Source: Isurus oxyrinchus (lineage: Eukaryota). From it: a stretch of DNA of 64,000 bases. Each line of letters begins with the position of its first letter. Within the stretch, counting starts at the first letter, position 1. The DNA is taken from contig JANJGN010000012.1 of NCBI GenBank assembly GCA_026770705.1, positions 45,756,001 through 45,820,000 of the forward strand, written 5' to 3'. Positions 39,904 to 53,772 of the stretch are shown here, piece after piece. Under the pieces are notes generated by a model that saw only the letters and a list, made by a program, of their open reading frames with translations, searched no databases and was not told the DNA's origin. Made by a program: the position numbers and the translations under genes.

Positions 39904-42900
39904 CTGTGTTGCTCAACCACCTGGATTTATGTGGTTAAACTCCAGCAGTACATCTGAAGTCCTGAGGTTTGTCTCTCATCATCTGCACCTAACTCACGTG
40001 GACATAGCCAAGTGAGATATTACGACAGGGAGAACATGGGCACCCCACAATCAGGCAACTCTTAAGTTTCAAAATCTTTAAGTAATGGAAAATGATTTGA
40101 TTGAATTACTGAATTTTTTGACATCAAACCAACTAGAAGAAAACTGAGACATGGGGAAAGACCATCAGATCAGGTACCCAATGGAAGCCAATTCTTGCTG
40201 GAGTGATACCATGGACATCGGGAACTGTGTCTCCTGTAGAATAATTCTGGGACAGTCCACATCAATGTCACCATCGGTGTTACCTGAGCAGCTTTAGAGT
40301 CAGGCCTGGCTTAACATTCTCTAAATTTCTAGAATTAAAATTCCCATTTTTACTAAAAGTAAAATATAATTCTGATCAGACAAGTCTTTACTCCAAAAAA
40401 ATAGCAACACTTCTCTTAATCTTTCCTTCCCTTTACTGAGAGTTGATAAAGTAAGTTGATCCAAAAACTAACCATGCCACAAACTCTCCACAGTACTGCA
40501 GAAGGTAGCCTCTTTACACAGTGATGTGTCCTATTGTTACTTAAGTGAGTGGAGCTGAAACTGAGACATTTGTTTAATGCTATAGTAAAATAAGAATATA
40601 TTGAATTTGATTCTGTTCTGGACAGTCCCTGTCCTTAAAATAAAATTGCACAGTTCCTGCCTGTTCCCCAAGTTACACCCACTCAGAGCAGCTGGTTGGG
40701 CTGCACTGAACTGCCTTTAAATATTGAAAGCTGCTTGGCTGAAGCTGCCAACTCAGTGCAGTTTAGCTTCAACCAATCTCCTTCAACATTTAAAGGAGTT
40801 GCAATTAGGTCTCAATGTTCTGATTCCATGAAAATAACAGATACTGATATAGGAGGTCTTATTCAGGAGTTAGTGCAATATAGTAAATTGTTAGAATAAT
40901 CAACTGCTGGTTGATGGCAGATTAGAATATGATAGTCAGGTGATGAGCAAGTTAGTACATCAGTAACTAGTTAAATCTTCAGCCTTTTCCTGTTAAAATG
41001 TTCACTCAATGTGGCAATACTGACAGAGCAAGATTGTCTAAACTAACTGAAGGTGTTCACCAACACATTGGGCTGGATTTCCATCTGAAGGCAGGAAATA
41101 GAAGCTGGGATTGTTATCAAGTTCAAATCCTGCCCTCAACGGGGGCTGGGAACAATCACCCATCGGGATTTTCACAGAGCTGCACACTTAATTGACACAA
41201 AGATAGGTTCCCTGTCAATTATGTGCGGCAGGTGAGCTTTTGGAGCTAGAGGGCAAATGAAAGGTCTTCCAGTTGAGAAGAGCAGCAAAATACAGGAGAG
41301 GATAAGTAACTGAGAGGGTGCTTCAACATGGAAGTACCTGCTCACCAACCTTTGAAAAACTTTATAAAAAGATTGTTGTTGCAGCCGGGCCGCCACAGAG
41401 ATGGAGATGGTGTGAGTCCTTTAGACTCAGGGGTGGTGCCAGAGGAATTGCAAATGTTACACCCTTGTTCAAAAAATGTGTAACTACAGGCCATTAAGTT
41501 TAACTGCAGTGGTATAGAAACCTCTAGATATAATAATTCAGGACAATATCAATAATCACATATGTCATGTTAATATAATGATATAGTCATCAATTGTTCA
41601 TAAAGGATTAGGTAGACACATTGTGGGTTCATTTATTGAGACTAGGCACATGAGAACAGAAATACATAGGTATAAAACTTAAAGACATCAGAGCTGTGAG
41701 CGTTCTACTCAAACAAAAGTGAAACTAAGACTGGATCGCATGACACTTCCCTTCTAGTGATGTCATGCTGCTAGTCCTTAAAAGTACATTACAACATCTC
41801 CTTTTCTTTTTAAAGGTACTTTCTCTCTTTCCAAAGAAGTATAACTATTTACAATACATGTTCATGTTTAGTTACCTTTACATAAGTGCATGGAGCTGAT
41901 GAGTATATGAGTCTCTAAAGTGTAAAGGTAATCTGCTGGTATGCCCAGATCTTGCGATGTTAACCTTGTCTGGAGGTGTCTTTAATTGCTCATGGTGACC
42001 TGTACGATTGTCATTCTTAAATGTTGTTCCTGGTTACATTTGGAATCTTGTCCCAGATGCAATAGGACTGTATGGTGGTTGAGGAGCTGGAATGGATCTG
42101 ATTTGTCCTCTGTTACAACTCACCTATGTCTTTGTGTCTAATAACTTCAAGGGACCTTGGTTCTGAACAAATCCTTGTCACTTTGGCTAGTTGCCACATA
42201 CATTCTGTGGGATCCTAGATGCAAATTTGTTGCCCCAGCTGTAAACTTGGCAACTCTGTACCTGCATTTTTATTGTGCACTTTGGTCATCTTGTCTTATA
42301 GCTTTTAAAGTTGCTGTTTAGTTTCAGAGAGAGTAGAAAGGGTAAAAGTAGGTAAATTGGTGTGCACTGGTTTGCCAAACATGAGCTCAGTGATGAAATA
42401 GATGCACTTAAAATGAGATGCATGCTCTCAGATGTAACATTGCAATATGTAGATCTTGCTTGGTCTGTCCACAATTGAGAATTAGCGATTTCACTGTGCA
42501 AATCATCCATTCAGCCAGGCCATTAGATCTAGAGTAATGAGGAAAAGTAGTGTGATTGATATTCCATTTCTCACACACATCCTGAAATGGCTTACCAATA
42601 AATTGTGGACCGTTATCCATAATGATCTCTCTAGGCACACAGATTAACTGAAGATAATACTTAGCTTGTGTGCGACAGTTGTGCTTGACATATTGCGCAC
42701 TTGTTGAATAATGGGGTTCTTGGTAAAGCAGTCGACAATGACCATGAAGTTAGTGCCATGGACATGAAAGAGGTCGGATGTGATTTTGTACCAAGGATGG
42801 ATAGGAACTTAATGTGTAATCAGCAGTGCTTTGTGCTGACTGTGCATATGCTCTAATATCATTGCTCAGACCCGGCCAAAGACTGTCTCCATTGAGTCTC

Positions 42901-43931
42901 CTTGTCCAATCTATGCCCATGTGTGAGTGATGAAGTTGCTGAAGAATATCAGTTCGCAAAGATTCCAGGTGATGATCTGAAAGGCTTTAAATTTGACTCC
43001 CCAGGAGATGCCTACCTCATCCTGATAAGGCCAAAATGGTCCTTCAGTCGTGGTTTTCCACAGTTTCTGCAGTATAAGGGTTTGGCACACATAGGGCTAA
43101 TGTGTTCAACTTGCAAGAAATGAGTTAGAGTAGCAACCACCAATCAGTGAAACAGCTGAACTGACCAAGTGCAGTTCACTTGAAGGATTGGAAGAAAAGA
43201 ATGAAAAGAAACCCAAATGCCAGCTCAACCTCCAAACCAACAGAAAGCACCAGTGATGACAGAGCCTACCACCCCTTTGCCAGTAGTGTGAGCAAGATAC
43301 AATAGGGTTATAGGGCCTCCCGGCCATCTGAACCTTTGAATTCAAGAACTTGAATTGGGTAGTGATAACGTAGTAATGGTGATATAATGTAATAGTAGTC
43401 ATAATGTGGTATTAACAATGAGATACATGAAATAAGCTAGTGCAACACTAATTGTGCTGGATAAAGACTTGGGGGAGGTGTAGTATAAGGTAATGTTGCA
43501 GCTCCATTGAAACTGCCAATTTTATTGAAACATTCTGAATATTTCAATGTTAGGTCATGAACTGAGCTGATCAGAATAGTTTCTGCGGTTGATCTGCCAA
43601 ATGAGGCCTGACTGATTCCATGGATTGTCCCTAGTGTGAGGTCACGGCATGCCTGTAGACCTGCAATCGCTGGACATTTAGTTTCCATGATGTAGAACCT
43701 TTGAGACACCCAAGAGGATTGATTTTACTTGTATTCCAGGGCTTTGGATACTGCATGTAGAATTAGTGAACTGGGTACGCAGAAGGTTTCACAGCCATAG
43801 GTTTCACCATGGCCTACAATGTCTGTGGATACATGTCCTTTTAGAATTCACAGAGATAGTATGTTGGCACTTGCCCCTTTGTCAATCTTGGCAAATAATG
43901 AATAGTTACCAACTTTCCTAGGACAGACACA

Positions 43932-44300
43932 TGGGAGAGTTGGTGGCATTGTGGTAATGCTACTGGACTAGTAAATCAGAAGCCTAGGCTAATGCCCTGG
44001 GAATATGTGTTCAAATCCCACCCTGGCAGCTGGTGGACTTTAAATTCAATTAATAAATCAAGATGAGAATCTTGTCAATTGATATAAAAACCCATCTGGT
44101 TCGCTAATGTCCTTTAAGGAAGGAAATCTGCCACCCTTACTTCGGCTGGCCTACACAAGACTCCAGACCCTCAGTAATGTGGTTGACTACTAACTGTCCT
44201 CTGAAATGGCCTCACAAGCTAGCCAGTTCAAGGGCAATTAGGGATGGGCAACAAATGCTGGTCTTGCCTGCAATGCCCACATCCCATGAAAGAGTTGCAA
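43932..44300 (+). mobile_element. tRNA-SINE with family A LINE tail (SacSINE1-like)
   Basis: A-box tggcattgtggtaa, B-box gttcaaatccc, tail gggcaattagggatggg...gcccacatcccatgaa shared with LINE A; second copy at 55370-55675. Confidence 0.75.
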
Positions 44301-44778
44301 AAAGATAATTTGAATCTTGGCAAACACTTCAGATGGTGTGACAATATCAATGATTTCCATGAAACTGATGGTGTGAAACATGTGTTCTCCACTCTTCACC
44401 TTGTCATGCACAACATTGTCATTTTTTGGCATGTCAATCATCTAACGTATATGTTTCTGTCTGGATACAGGATGATCATTCTTGTTGCTTGAAGGTACCT
44501 GTTGTGTACGGTCTGTATGGATCAGTGCATGGCTCTTTGTAGCTGCATCAGCCTTTGCTCGAGTGCATTGCCACTGCCACTGCCTATGGCCCTTTCTGCC
44601 ATATGCCTTGCAGAATTGCTGGAGATCTGGACATTTCCTTGGTGCATGCAGAAAGCCAAATCTCCCACATGTTTTGCTATGTTTGGGTGTTCTAGTGAGT
44701 GCATCAACAAATGAGGTTGTACTCAGGATTTGTAAGCTTCACCAACCCACAAGGATCAATTCATACTTTTGTCTATTG

Positions 44779-45539
44779 TTGTGATATGACAGGTGGTAAT
44801 TACCAGGCTGAGGAAATCCCAAAGGCAAAATTGGCCAAGTTATCACAACAATTTTTCAAGTTGTATTTATTACAAGAAGGTATGTGCACTGAAGTCAGAA
44901 GAAAAGAGTCCACTATCACCTTGGAGATTTTAAATATTAGATTAAAATATTTATTAACAAAAGAAAAGAAAATTAAACACACAAGATTACAGTTACACAG
45001 TTAAATTTAGTCTTACAATATTTACCAAAAGATTTCTACTGTCTTGTCTTCACACAGTCCATCTTTCAAGATCTCACATGGCCACTCACATACAGCTTTC
45101 AATTTTTCCTTAAATATATTTCTCCCCTTTGATTTTCCATTGTTTCAACCTTGCTTTGGAAGTTACTTTTTCCAGAATATAAAAACGTTTCATGTGTCCT
45201 TATGGCCAGCACTTTTGGGAAAAATAAATTTAAGGCAAAGTTATTATTTATCGATGATTTTGCCAGTTGTAAAACATCCAGTCATGTCCCTTTGAAATTC
45301 AAACGAACTCTCAACTTATCTACAAATGCAACTTTCATTCATACTGTATCTACTGGGACCTCCTGTTAGTTCACCCATTTCCATTTCAAAACTCCTAATC
45401 CCTTTGATGATTTAAATTTGTTGTCTGACTGTCATCAGTTTAATTAAATTAATCAAACACACACATAAACATCCACACCCATAAGCCTGCTTCAGTATCC
45501 CAAAGTAATATTAGGAAAAAAAATGATATTTCCTTTACA
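44779..45539 (-). mobile_element. Solo LTR nested in Gypsy gag
   Basis: TGTGA...TTACA termini; related to 8800-9768; gag sequence resumes after it. Confidence 0.55.
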
Positions 45540-46793
45540 CCACCCTTGAGTAGCTCTTTGATGCAATACATTTTGGGCTTGCCTAGCAGATCTTTCTGTA
45601 ACACTTCCATGGGAGTGGATGTGATCACCAACTCAACAATTCTGTCTGCTAGCTCTGCATTTGAAAATTGACAGTACATACCCTTTTCTCTGCATCTGCT
45701 GATGAAATGGTCCATGGATTCTGTAGGCTGTGGCTGAAATGACATGGATGCTAGTTGATTAAATTGGAAGCTAACCTGATTCTGAACCGGTCTTTCAATG
45801 TAGTCTGTATCTTTTAGGGATCCTTTAGCTTTTCTTCTGATAATCCTCACGTGTTTAGCCTGTGTAGACCTTCATTCCCAATTGCTGGGCAAATTTTTAT
45901 GTTTAAACATTTTGAATTTGGATAGTAGATCAGCTACATCCCAATTCAATCTGGGGAATTTTGTGGACATTCTGACAATATCCCTTTGACTTTCCTTCTT
46001 CTGTAGTACCTGGGATGAATGATGCTGTAACTGCTTTCAGGCACTTTTCCAAAACTCCACCCACGAAGATGAGTTGTGGTGAGAGTGCATCATGGAGTAA
46101 TTGTGCTTTTGCTTTTTATTCAGTTTATTGATCAGCAACTCCCTAAGCCACATGTTATAGTCGCAAACTTCTCTGGCCCATTTTTTATACTGTTTTTTTG
46201 TTAAACAATCTCTTGCTTGCTATTGATCTGGCCCACACCCTGGTCCCTTTTTTTATCCTGACTGAATTAACTCGGTGCTTGTTCTCTTGACTTGCTATCC
46301 CACTCACAGAACTGACAAACTGTGAGCTGCAATCTTGCCACGAGGGATCAGGCTGCTTACCAGCTCTTTACTTAAGCACTATCTTGACGCTGTGTCTTCA
46401 AAGCTTTTCTATGCAGTCCTACACTGTTCTCAGCACACTCTTGATGCTGACCAAAAATGTTGAGGGTCTTCTTTCGCTATGTAGCATGATCTAAGGCTGT
46501 CCACCATGTTGTACCCATAATTAATCTTACCACCAGGCTGTTTGACCACTGCTGATCATCGTGTCATGTTATTATAATGAGATAGTCACCAATTACTCAT
46601 AAGGGATTGTGTAAACATGTTGTGGGTTCATTTATTAAGACTAAGCACATGAGAGTTTCTACATAGGTAGAAAACCTGAAGACATTAGAGCTGTATGCTC
46701 TGCTCAAGAAAAAGTGAAACTAAGACTGGATAGAATAACACATTTCCTTTCTAGTGATGTCATGCTGCTATCCATTAAAGGCACATTGCAACA

Positions 46794-48885
46794 ACATGGA
46801 CAAATGCAAGTTAATTAAGGAAAGCCAGCATGGATTTGTTAAGGGAAAATCATAATTAACTAACTTGCTTGAGTTTTTTGATGCGGTAACAAAGGGTTGA
46901 TGAGTGCAATGCTATTGATATGGTGTATATGGATTTCCAAAAGGCATTTGATACAGTGCTGCACAACAGACTTGCGAGCAAAGTTATAGCTCAAGGCATA
47001 AAAGGGACAAGAGCAAAATGGATGCGATATTGGCTGGGTGACAGGAGACAGAGTGGTGGCTAATGGATGTTTTTCAGGCTGGAGAAAGATTTGTAGTGGA
47101 GTTCCCCATGGGTCAGAGTTAGGACCCTTGCTCTTCCTGATATATACAAATGACACGGATCTTGGTGTACAGGACACAGTTCCAAGATTTGCAGAGTATA
47201 CAAAATTTGGAAGCATTGAACAGTGAGGAGGACAGTATAAAACTTCAAAAGGACATAGACAGGTTGGTGGAATGGGTGGACGAGGGGCAGATGAAATTCA
47301 ATGTGAAGAAATATGAAATGATTAATTTTAGTAGGAAGAAAGTGGAAAGAAAATATAAAATAGAGTCCAATTCTAAAGTGGGTGCAGGAGCAGAGGGACC
47401 CTGGTGTATATCTGCATAAGTCATTGACAGGTTGAGAGAGCATTTAATAAAGCATACAGCATCCTAGGCTTTATGAATATACTGTCATGACTCAAGGGGG
47501 ACAGTGTGCTGTAGTATTAAGCCCCACTTCTCCCCGAGCCGTGACAAATGTGAGAAATTTAATCTGACCACCAAACTGCCCCAATTCTACCTAACTGCCT
47601 AATGTAGGTTAAAAGAATACTAGCACCAGGTTTGTAAACTTAACAAATAAATAACTGTTTATTAAACAAATTGTCTGTAACCAGTGGCAAAAGAAAGAAA
47701 GAAATATGAAATGCTAACTTTTAACATAAGACACACACACACACACACACACACACAACACACACGATACACTCCCACATGAACACACACACGACACACA
47801 AAACATGGATTTTAAGGGTGAGATAAAACAGTTCAATAGCACTATCCAGAGTGCAGGATTAGATGGGTTGACTTTGATTGTTTTCTTCTAAATTCCTTGC
47901 AGGTGGTTGTGGCTGACACGAGGTGGTCTCCCAGCACTTGTCATCTGTGGTTCTCTGGTTGAAACTTGTTTTCAATGTCTTTACTGGTGATTTTTCCCCT
48001 TTTCCTCCTGACTGGGATTTCTTAAAGAAAGTAGGATACAGCGGTGTGAAGAATAGCCTGCTAGCTACTATGGCAGGATTACTGGAGTCTTAAAAAACAT
48101 AGAAGAGAGAGGTTTAAGGTCTTTTCTCTTTCCAGGTTAGGAGCTGATCTACTGCACTATCCTCACACAGAACTTGGTCAGGAGCTAATCAAAACGCCAT
48201 CGCTAGGCAGTTTCCTCTTAAACCAGGTCTCCTCTCCAACACTAATTTGTCCAACCTGGCACAAAGTTCCAGGAGAAAGCAAAGTTGTAGATTTTCTTTC
48301 CCTGCTCTAGTGAACATCTCTTTTAAACTGCAGCCATAGTAGTTTTTGAAGCCACAGTCCAAAAAAATAAAACTATGTTCTTTACAATAGGCATATAGCA
48401 CAAAAGCAAGAAGGTTATACTGAACATGAATAGGACACTAGTTTGGCCTCAGTTGCAGTATTGCATTCAGTTCTGGGCCCTGCACTTTAGGAAAGATGTG
48501 AAGGCATTGGAGAGACTGCAGAAAAGATTGGTCCCAGGACTGAGGAACTTCAGTTATGAAGGTAGATTGGAGAAGTTGAGACTGTTTTCCTTGGAGAAGA
48601 GAAGGTTGAGAGGAGATTGGATGGAGGCATTCAAAATGATGAGGGGTCAAAACAGAGTAGATAGAGAGAAACTGTTCCTATTTGTGAAAGGATTGAATGC
48701 TGTGCCTGAGAATGTGGTAGAGGCAGGTTCAATCAAGGCTTTCAAAAAGGAATTAGGCTGTTACCTGAAAAAGAAGGATGTGCAGGGTAATGGGGAAAAA
48801 GTGGGGCAATGGCACTAGTTGAGTTGCACATTCAGAGAGCTGGTACAGAATGCCTCCTTCTGTGTCGTACAGTAATAATTCCGTG
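46794..48885 (+). mobile_element. CR1 family B RT/3' region (continuing from 41400-41562) with nested LTR at about 47483-48385
   Basis: VPHGSELGPLLFLIYTND; PQLQYCIQFWALHFRKDVKALE. Confidence 0.85.
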
Positions 48886-49155
48886 ATCCTGTGGAATTGA
48901 GAATTTTGCACCAGGCTGTAGTATAGCAGAAAGGTCTTGTTATTGGACATATGAACTGCAATTTATGCTCCAGACCAAGATAGGAAAAGCAGGCAAACAT
49001 AAAGTAGCAAAGTGAGAAATAACAGATAATGAACTATTTTCTGTTTAAAATGCAAGACCGTATCTAACAGGACTGAGGTGTCACTAAATCAAACTGAATC
49101 TCTGAAACTGAATGGGAGGGTTTCAGATCCTTGCTCTGATTGGTGAATCACTCTA

Positions 49156-49195
49156 ATTTGCATGGATTTCCTTCCTGATGTGAATGGGTCTATAA
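49156..49195 (+). promoter_or_regulatory. Ig light-chain V promoter: octamer ATTTGCAT and TATA
   Basis: ATTTGCAT at 49156-49163 (light-chain orientation) and TATAA at 49191, about 75-110 bp upstream of the leader ATG. Confidence 0.8.
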
Positions 49196-49264
49196 CTGGG
49201 TTCAATGGGCAGCTGCTGCCACAGATACACTCGGTGAAGGGAGGCAGAAAGCTCACTGGCAGAA

Positions 49265-49728
49265 ATGATGTGGATGTTGTGTTTTGCCTGGTCTCTGGTA
49301 CTGGTAAGTACAAACACTAAACTCTGCTCCTCCCAGAGCAGCAGATGTGGGGGTGTGGAATCACTTTGAAAGATTCAATTTATAATGTTTAATCCCTGCT
49401 CTTTTACAGATGGGCAATCTCAGACTCTGACTCAGTCTCCAGACCTGACAGTAAAACCAGGAAACATGGCCACACTGGACTGTAATTTTGGAACAGATGA
49501 TGGCAACATGAGCTGGTACAAGCAGACATCAGGAACAGCTCCACAAAGGTCCCTCAGCTTGTACTATTCATGGATTACCCCTTACTATGCTCCTGGGTTT
49601 GGTAGCGCCTGTGTCACACGAATAGCCAACAGTGGCCACAATATTTACCAGTTAATCACAAAGGACGTGGAGATGAATGATGCTTCCATCTATTATTGTG
49701 GAAAATGGGTTTCATCAAGCAGTGCTTA
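49265..49728 (+). pseudogene. Ig light-chain V segment, sigma-like (leader 49265-49303, V exon from 49410)
   Basis: QTLTQSP...LDC...WYKQ..G.APQ...long CDR2 PYYAPGFGS...YQL..KDVE..DASIYYCGKW; leader ends in phase 0 but the V exon needs phase 1; 3' end interrupted by a transposon. Confidence 0.85.
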
Positions 49729-52700
49729 CAGGCGGAATCATCCCAGATGTGCACTAAGTGCAGTAGCGGGTGGGAAAATGTGCCGGCTGCAATGATGGCT
49801 TTTCATGCCGTATCGTCCCATTACTAATTCATTCCTGGGAAACAAGCTGGGTTGCTGGCAGAACAGCCTCTGATTTGTCCGCCCTGCCGTCACCTCAGAT
49901 GTTCAGTAAACTGGGCGCCACGTTTAAAGGCTGCCCTTGCACAGAGCTAGCTAGCACTGTTCAAGGGATAGGAAGCTGCTGGGAACCGATGGCTGCCAAA
50001 GGGAGGAAACATGCTGCCCCCAAATTTAACAACGTGTCCCTCGAGAGCCTACTGGACGTAGTGGAGCTCTGCCATGATGTTCTCTACCCTAGCAGGCAAG
50101 GTCACCAATCCAGCATAGGAGGCGATGGCAGCGGTGGTCAGTGCCAATGCCCTGCAAAAGAGGACAGCCACGCAGTGCAGAAAGGGGATGAATGTTCTCA
50201 TCCATTCTGCCAGGGGAAGGCACTCTTCTCATCACTGTCAACTCACACGCTCACAAACCCATCACACATCCACAAGGATCTCCCCATTCAAGGGACAACA
50301 CCACTAACTCACACTCACCCTCACATCTCCATCAGGCTGGAACTTGCATCCTCATCCTGTCCATGGCTTCGCTAACTGCACAAACATTCCATGCAGTGCC
50401 ATGTGTCCTGCTTGCACTCTCCCCATCAGTTTTCATGCAGGAGAAGCTGGCACACAACAGCAAAGGAAGGTCCCAGATGAGGGTGGAATGGCCCACATTA
50501 AACCCCTGACTCACTTTGAGGAATGTGCCATTGTGCTGACTGGTGAGGACGTGGACCATGTCTGTGGTGATGGTGAGGTCGGATGCGAACACCCATGTGA
50601 GGATCCTGCACCACACCATCCCTCTCTCAAAGCAATGGTGAGTGTTCTCACTCATGTTTTTGACTCTGCTGCCATGCATAATCACCTCAATGTTGGGTCA
50701 CGGGGAGCTCTGTCAAGCAACCAACAGCCTCAGCCAGTCAGTCTCTCACCTCCAGCAAAGAGGACATGTCCTGCTTTGAAGAATTGGAAGTAAGCAGTCT
50801 GGAAGACCCGTCACAGTGCTTACCCACACCCTCCACCAGTGCAGAGACCCACACCTCCATAGGACCTAGATCTAGAGCAGGCTTGTGTTCACAACCTGGT
50901 GGTCACTGCATGGACATGTGTCTACAGCAGGAGGAGATAGGTTCAGCCGAGCTCAGCTGAACCTGCCTCTTCTTGCTGCGGTACTTGGAGGAATGCTGGG
51001 GAAGAGGCATCTGCGAGGTCTGAGTCAGATGACGAGCATCTGGATTCAACCTTCCAACTCATCGTGGAGAGTCAGCAGAAGGCGGAAGTACATCATGCAG
51101 AGCTGTTGGAAACGCTCAACAGAGTGGCAGGTGAGTTGAAGGAGTAAATCCATCTGCTCGCTGATGAAGTGGTGCCCACATATGTGTGCATGGAGGTCTC
51201 CGTGGGAAGGATGGCAGATGCCATGGAGACTCTGGACCAGCAGAACGCGGAGACGCACGCAGACCTGCACTCCATCGTGGAAGCCATGGGTGAGTTCCTG
51301 CAGTGGCAATGTGAGAGGGAAATGGGGCATCGCAATGTCCCTCCAGGTGCTCCTTCCCTCAAGCCGGGGTAGCTGGACAGCTCTGGGTCATCCACTCAGG
51401 AACCTGAGAAGCTGTCCTCTCCCTCCGAGTCCCCTTTGCCTGTGAACCCCTAAACCTTGTTCTCTGTCACCACAGCGGGAGCAGCTGGCCCACAGGGGGA
51501 CAGACAAAGCAAGCCAGGGCCCTCAAGGCCTCAGCTGTCCAGAGGACCAACGTCAAAGTCATCAGAAGCAACAGGGCCAACCATCGCACAGGCTGTTTCT
51601 ACCCTTCCAGTGAATGTCAGAACAGCAACTAGAAGAAGTTGTAGGCCTAGAAAAATTAAAAATTTTTCATCACAAGTGGTTGCATGGGTGAATACATTTT
51701 GTCACTTTATAATCTGAAAATATATTCTGTGAAAATGGATGTTTTTTAAAAAATACTTTGGGGAAATATTGTGTTATTCTGTAAAGAAGGCTGTGTGTCT
51801 GTGTCTTTTTGCATGTGATTTTATTAAGCTGGGTAAGAGTTTGATAGGAGTCAGGTTGTCTGGGGTTTTCGAAACATGAAAAGGATAGAGGTTTTAAATA
51901 AAAGGTACAAGTAAATGGGTTAGATCTAACATTTGCATTTTTAGCTAACTTCAGAAGTTGCTTGAATTTCAAAGGGGAGTCAGAGATTGCAAGGAAAATG
52001 TTTGCACCTTTCAGGAGTCCATAGGTAAACAATAGTGGGTTATTATATTTTTATTGACCCAAAAGCAAAGACAAGGTGGAAACATGAAAGATCTTATATT
52101 TGGAAGGGTTTGAGTTTCGAAGGGGTGTGCGAACAATGGGACTGAGATGAAAGGGAGAAAAGGTATATTATAGTGACTATGGATAGCTGTTTTTTAGCTA
52201 TTGAGCTGGACAGCTATTAAACTGGATAGCTGTTAAGCTGGATATGGCTGGAGATAGCTAGAGCTGTTAGAGCTGCCAAGATAGCTGGAGCTATGGACGG
52301 GGGTGGGGGGGGAAGGTGGAGGTCGGTGGGGGGGTGCGGGGAGAGTAGGATGAAGTTTGAATCACCCCTCTCTTCAAACCAGAGAAGCCTTGGGCTGCAG
52401 GAAGCAATTTTATTCTGAAGTGAATTCCATAGCAAAATGGAAGTGGGTAAAGGTCACATGGTACATCTTTGTTGAAGCTACAGTAGTTTGCTTTGTGCAA
52501 TATTACTGGATTTTTCATATTTAAACATCTATAAGGGATTGTTGCCTGGAAGATGTTTACTTGTGGGTTTGGCCAAGTAGAGAGTTTTTGGGGAAATGTT
52601 TTGTAAGACAATCCTTAATTGTGTAGCTGTAATCTCTCAACTGGATCATCCTCTCCTCCACCTCCGACAATCATCCGTAACAGCCCATGGCTAATACCAT

Positions 52701-53153
52701 GAAGTCCCAAAGCAGACCCCAGACATCAACGGAGACCTTCCACCTTCAGTGAGCTGCTTCACGCAGAGCCATGTCCGTGAGAATCCACCTGGCATGCACT
52801 TCTTCTTCCAGGGTCGGGTAGCTGTAGGGCTCCAGCTTCTTCTGCTCCTTGGAAGTCAGCAATGTGAGCAACGAGAAGTCCTGACTTCCTGCACATCACA
52901 CTTGTCATGGCGTTTGCTCGCCTGGCATGTTTTCCTGCCGACGTGGGTGGTAAATTGGTGTGGGGTGGTGATTCCGGTGAGCAGGGCTTATAATTAGATG
53001 CAAATGCATTAAACTGACATTCTCGATGTGCAGCCGCAGGAAGCATGACTTGTGGAGCAGATGATTGCAAATGTGAAACTGATTTTTGGCCTTCTCGCTA
53101 TATTGTCCGCTCATTCCTGCCATGACGCCAACGGGGATGGAAAATTCCGGCCC
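49729..53153 (+). mobile_element. PIF/Harbinger-like DNA transposon with Myb/SANT-like ORF remnant; nested LTR at about 51729-52620
   Basis: Imperfect TIRs (aggcggaatcatccc / gggatggaaaattccggccc); AAPKFNNVSLESLLDVVE...DVLYP and AAVVSANALQKRTATQCRKGMNVL are Myb/SANT-like; no transposase recognised. Confidence 0.7.
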
Positions 53154-53159
53154 ATGTGT

Positions 53160-53187
53160 CACAGCAACAGAAGGTAAAACAAAAACT
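53160..53187 (+). promoter_or_regulatory. V-segment recombination signal, 12-bp spacer
   Basis: CACAGCA + ACAGAAGGTAAA (12 nt) + ACAAAAACT, 6 nt after the transposon end. Confidence 0.85.
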
Positions 53188-53503
53188 AGGAGCTGTAAGG
53201 GTTACACTCTTAATATTGTTTTATCTGATAAAACATTTTAGTGTTTTACATTTCATAAAATCACTTTTTAATTTTGTCCTTTGTACAACATTTTCCAATT
53301 CATATCATTTCATAATTGATAACATTCTGAATCTCACTGCCCAGTATTGGGTGTTGATGATATTTTAATGTCAGTGTATAGGTGTTGCTGTGAGTTCATT
53401 CCTCACTGTCCCTCACCAGCAGGAACACTGGAAATACATGAAGCCTGATTAATGCTGGGACTGGAGAATCTGAATGTGTTTTCTGTCTGATTCCAGGATC
53501 CTG

Positions 53504-53579
53504 GATAACTGTATGGACTGAGCCCTAGAATATCACACTGTTAATGAGTTCAGCCAAGGGACCAAGCTCTTTGTTGCAG
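53504..53579 (+). pseudogene. Ig light-chain J segment (coding 53543-53579) with degenerate 23-RSS
   Basis: NEFSQGTKLFVA followed by a phase-1 GTAAGT donor; heptamer CACTGTT at 53536-53542; weak nonamer GATAACTGT 23 nt upstream. Confidence 0.85.
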
Positions 53580-53772
53580 GTAAGTGCTTGGAAATTCCCT
53601 CCTGCAGAAACCAGCTGTGTGAATTTAGGCAACATAAATGAATGAATAATTCAAACTCAGTTATTTCTTAGCACCTACTTGTTAAATGTCAATTTTACAG
53701 TGAAAATACTAATTACATCTTTAGTCTCCAGCACCAGTTGTGTTAAATAGGCACACAACAATAATTATTAGG

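Larger units (their letters stand above)
41563..46793 (-). mobile_element. Gypsy LTR retrotransposon (degenerate, two LTRs) with nested SINE and LTR
   Basis: Direct LTRs 41563-41796 and 46562-46793; PPT aaaagaaaaggaga; near-TSD acata/acatg; integrase DNGPQF...SNGLAE (42408-42638); gag FQPQPTESMDHFISRCREK. Confidence 0.9.

Noticed and set aside
40517-40560. CACAGTG heptamer as an RSS
   Set aside because: No nonamer at 12 or 23 nt and no adjacent V/J coding sequence.
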